Positions 60,736 through 64,000 of a DNA stretch of 64,000 nt are shown here, in pieces. Below the pieces are notes generated by a model. The model worked only from the letters and a program-made list of their open reading frames with translations. It was not told the origin of the DNA and did not search any database. Location of the stretch: IMG/VR virus record IMGVR_UViG_3300022856_000004. One strand, written 5' to 3'. The stretch is from an uncultured virus (IMG/VR IMGVR_UViG_3300022856_000004). Lineage: Duplodnaviria; Heunggongvirae; Uroviricota; Caudoviricetes. The translations under genes were made by a program, and so were the position numbers. Numbering within the stretch: the stretch's first letter is position 1; each line of letters begins with the position of its first letter.

Positions 60736-61050
60736 TTAAATATTATCATTTCCAATATGATGTAAGTCAGTTGCTGTTCTAGCAGTTTCCCTTAATATAT
60801 CATTATATGGGTTACTACTATTTATTCTTGATGTTGGGCTGCTTACTATTTGCTGTGTATTATTTGATTGGTGTTGTGCGTTAGCTGTATTATTATATGC
60901 ATCTCTAACATATTGATTATTGGATTGTTGATTAGTATTACTAACAACTTCCCTAATTATACCATCAATTACATATTTACCATCATTCAAAAAATACTCA
61001 CGTAACGCTTCAATCATTATATGTTTTACATCTGCTCGTGACATTGCCAT
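60736..61050 (-). CDS. Hypothetical protein
   Basis: 104 aa with a GAGGG SD site. Confidence 0.65.
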   Translation of the reverse strand: MAMSRADVKHIMIEALREYFLNDGKYVIDGIIREVVSNTNQQSNNQYVRDAYNNTANAQHQSNNTQQIVSSPTSRINSSNPYNDILRETARTATDLHHIGNDNI

Positions 61051-61081
61051 TATATATCCCTCTTTAATAAATATTATTAAA

Positions 61082-62272
61082 TTAATTTTTATTTAAAAAT
61101 ACCAATTTTGACTTAACTATGTCAATCTTTGATTTTATGTTTGTTATATTTGCTTTGTTTTTTATGAAATTAGCTGTATTTAACGGTGTTAATGATGGCC
61201 CAGTTCCAGTTGGAACAGTTAATAACATAATATTACCACATATAGATTCTAATTCTGATAGTAATTCAGTTAATATATCTACAGTTGTGTCACCAAGTAA
61301 TGCTGGTTCATTAGCATCTATACCAAGATTAATACGTTTAGATTGTAATTCTACTATATCACCAGATTCTACACTAATTGATGTTGGTGTGCTTAATGCA
61401 ATTCCATTTTTAGCTAATAGATTTATTTCTTTGTTTTTTGAAACTATAAATATTCTATCCGAAAAAACTCCAATTTGATTTCCAGAGTTTTTATTTGATT
61501 CTGTATTATATGAATCTATACCAAGTCTTGATTGTGAATCTAATATTGTAGTTGGATTTTTAAAATTTAAAGTTTGACCCTGTGTCATCCAAATACTAGA
61601 TATATTCATATCTATATTCTCAACGTTAAATATATTTGTCTTCTTAGGCAATTTACCATTTCTAATTACTAATATTGGATCTCCTACTTTGGATGTTCCA
61701 CTTGAAGATGATGATTTTACAGAATATATATCATTATTTTCTGTTGTAGATGATAATCTGATACTATTACCTGATCTACCCTCATATAGCATATCCCCCT
61801 CAAAAGGTTGTAATGCAACTTCATTAGTATCATACTTAAATGATGTTTTTAATTTCTTAGATTTGTCATTTGTATAACCATCATTTGAATTTTGTATTGA
61901 ATTTAAATCACCACCAACAACAACTAAATTTGATACTCCAATCATAGCATTGTAATTTATATTAGATTTCATTGCTATTGGAGATTGTATGTAATAATTA
62001 TCATTCATTATAACCCCACCAGATGATTCTGCATTAATTCCTTTCATCAAATAAACAATTTCCCCTATAAGAGGTATTTTTTTAATTGAAATATCAAATG
62101 GTTTAGCTATAATAACGCTATTTAGTGATGTAGAACCGGCTGTATATAATAATCTAACGCCTATAGCGTAAAGAGTATCTACATCATTACCTTTATAATT
62201 AACATACATAACCTCTGCTGGAACAATATCATAATTATCACCATCAATATAAAAGTGTCTATTACTTATCAT
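61082..62272 (-). CDS. Baseplate central spike/hub (gp5/gpV-like, no lysozyme domain evident)
   Basis: PLIGEIV OB-fold motif, EGDMLYEGRSGNSIRL, a beta-helical C-terminus and PTGTGPS. Confidence 0.65.
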   Translation of the reverse strand: MISNRHFYIDGDNYDIVPAEVMYVNYKGNDVDTLYAIGVRLLYTAGSTSLNSVIIAKPFDISIKKIPLIGEIVYLMKGINAESSGGVIMNDNYYIQSPIAMKSNINYNAMIGVSNLVVVGGDLNSIQNSNDGYTNDKSKKLKTSFKYDTNEVALQPFEGDMLYEGRSGNSIRLSSTTENNDIYSVKSSSSSGTSKVGDPILVIRNGKLPKKTNIFNVENIDMNISSIWMTQGQTLNFKNPTTILDSQSRLGIDSYNTESNKNSGNQIGVFSDRIFIVSKNKEINLLAKNGIALSTPTSISVESGDIVELQSKRINLGIDANEPALLGDTTVDILTELLSELESICGNIMLLTVPTGTGPSLTPLNTANFIKNKANITNIKSKIDIVKSKLVFLNKN

Positions 62273-62681
62273 CTTGATTACCTATTAATATAGTTTCTTT
62301 GGGATTCAATTCATCAATTTCATCGTCTTGTATGTGAGATTGTATCTTTTTTTCTACATTTTCTAAATCATCCAATATTTTAAATATTTCTTTATCTGAA
62401 ACGTTACCGTCGTCATCTGAATTCAGAATCATTTTTTGTATGGAATCTGCGATTTTTAACAACTGATTATCATTCTTAACATTTATATCAATCATATCCC
62501 TAACTGTTGATAGTAATACCAATGCAGATTCTGGTTGTTCCTTTATCTGTTTCGTTATAGTAGCTAAAATACTCTTTATCATAGAATTATTTTCTTGTGA
62601 TCTACTATATGCTTCGGACATAATATCCAAATACGATAACTTTTTGCCTTTTGCGGTTATAACCTTTTCATGTTCATTCAT
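62262..62681 (-). CDS. Hypothetical helical protein (possible small terminase)
   Basis: 139 aa with VKNDNQLLKIA..IQK. The function is a guess. Confidence 0.5.
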   Translation of the reverse strand: MNEHEKVITAKGKKLSYLDIMSEAYSRSQENNSMIKSILATITKQIKEQPESALVLLSTVRDMIDINVKNDNQLLKIADSIQKMILNSDDDGNVSDKEIFKILDDLENVEKKIQSHIQDDEIDELNPKETILIGNQDDK

Positions 62682-63397
62682 TAATAATATGACCCTGATA
62701 CAGTTAAGCTACCATATACATCATAATTATAATACATAGAATCATACATAACTTTAAATTTATTAACTACACCAGTTATCTTTAGTGTTTGTTGATTTGT
62801 TAAATTGGCACGTTCACGAATTAATACATATAATGTCTTCTTATCACCACGTTTACGCAAATCAATTTGTTCTCTGAATTTGAATATATCTATTATTGCC
62901 TCAGCTATACTAGTTTCTAATTTATCATTGAATATTTGATATAAATGCTTAGATATATAATCGGTATATAAATCCATAAATTCTTTCATATATTCTATAT
63001 TTGAATTTGCATTATAATCAATTAAAACATTATCATCTATATATTCTACATCAACGGTTTTCTTTTGTTTATAATCTTCTTGTTGATTTCGTTGTATTAG
63101 ATGTCGTTTAAGTATAGTTCCAAAATAACCAAATGCTCTACCTCTAGAACCATCATAGGTGTGCATCTTGTCATGTAGAAATACCATACATTCAGATCTA
63201 AGCATAAAATAATCTTCATTTATATAGGCATATAAATCTTTATATGTATTGTATATATTTTCAAATAACTTCTCAAATGGATATTGTATAGATTCTGAAT
63301 ATAATAGACTTCTTATAATAGGATCATCTTCCATATTATATTCTATAATTTTATCTTGTGTTTCTTGTGTGAAATACATTCTATTCTTTTTCTTCAA
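62681..63397 (-). CDS. Phage sigma-factor-like protein (gp55-like late sigma candidate)
   Basis: Y(D)...GRAFGYFGTILKRHLI resembles the sigma region 2 AF.YF..I motif of gp55-type proteins. Confidence 0.6.
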   Translation of the reverse strand: MKKKNRMYFTQETQDKIIEYNMEDDPIIRSLLYSESIQYPFEKLFENIYNTYKDLYAYINEDYFMLRSECMVFLHDKMHTYDGSRGRAFGYFGTILKRHLIQRNQQEDYKQKKTVDVEYIDDNVLIDYNANSNIEYMKEFMDLYTDYISKHLYQIFNDKLETSIAEAIIDIFKFREQIDLRKRGDKKTLYVLIRERANLTNQQTLKITGVVNKFKVMYDSMYYNYDVYGSLTVSGSYY

Positions 63398-63713
63398 CGT
63401 TATCTCCTATATATAGACTATTATATTCTTGTACATAAGTCACTATATTTTTATGACATTCGGTAACATGCTTAAAGTAAAATCCAATTTCATCATCGGA
63501 TTCAAATGCACTCCGTAATTCAGTATTATTTAAATTACTATCCAATTCAACCATTTTATGATGTATCGAATTTATAAATAAAAAATCAGTTTCCTGTTGT
63601 GTCTGAAATTCAGCTATTATATTTTCATATTTAGTTAATTTTATATACAAATTAAAAATAACATACACACATATAAATATAATTAATATCAACGTAAATA
63701 CAATGTATTCCAT
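63381..63713 (-). CDS. Hypothetical membrane-anchored protein
   Basis: N-terminal TM helix and FESDDEIGFYF motif. Confidence 0.7.
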   Translation of the reverse strand: MEYIVFTLILIIFICVYVIFNLYIKLTKYENIIAEFQTQQETDFLFINSIHHKMVELDSNLNNTELRSAFESDDEIGFYFKHVTECHKNIVTYVQEYNSLYIGDNVEEKE

Positions 63714-63720
63714 ATATACC

Positions 63721-63999
63721 TTATAGTTTTAAGTTAGTAAAGTCAAGTTCTATCTTGGATTTTACTTTCTTGGTTCGATTATAAACTTTTGTTTTTATTT
63801 TATCAGCATTAAATTCTACTTCTGGTAATTCAACATTATCATTAGGAACATTTAATAATTTAATATTAGTCAATGATATAATATTATATAATGTATATGG
63901 TAATGTATATCTAATTTTTAAATCATTATCTATATTAGATATATAATATTTATTACTATCCAATTTATCCCAATCTTGTAAATATATAGATAAATATAC
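63721..63999 (-). CDS. 3' part of a gene entering from the right edge
   Basis: The frame stays open upstream of the listed TTG start to the window end (VYLSIYLQDWDKLDSNKYY...). Confidence 0.6.
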   Translation of the reverse strand, partial: VYLSIYLQDWDKLDSNKYYISNIDNDLKIRYTLPYTLYNIISLTNIKLLNVPNDNVELPEVEFNADKIKTKVYNRTKKVKSKIELDFTNLKL

Positions 64000-64000
64000 A

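Noticed and set aside
2723..61877. All short plus-strand ORFs and nested minus-strand ORFs in the track
   Set aside because: They lie antisense to or inside clearly recognisable genes and show no motifs of their own.

Overview
AT-rich 64-kb segment of a large T4-like myovirus genome. Essentially all real genes lie on the minus strand and form the virion morphogenesis region. In transcription order (right to left) these are: a late-sigma-like gene; baseplate spike/hub, gp25 and gp6 wedge genes; four paralogous baseplate/fibre-attachment proteins; a GIY-YIG-like nuclease, primase and a fused Mre11-Rad50 (SbcD-SbcC); a repeat-rich tail fibre with LamG tip cassettes; a lysis-like cassette containing a PAS-domain membrane protein; TerL, portal, ribosomal protein bS21, prohead protease, scaffold and major capsid protein; a Zn-finger/endonuclease/methyltransferase gene split by one in-frame TAA; PhoH, neck proteins, sheath, tube, a tail chaperone pair, the tape measure protein, and a 39-aa-repeat protein running off the left edge (missing from the ORF track). 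Two TAnnTTTG promoters point to a Bacteroidota/FCB host. The best leads are the PAS sensor beside the holin, phage bS21 together with Shine-Dalgarno-led late genes, a pervasive [S/T]GS motif in outer virion proteins, a probable +1/-2 frameshift in the tail chaperone, and a conserved TATTTAT late-promoter-like motif. All product calls come from motif recognition and synteny; no database search was run.
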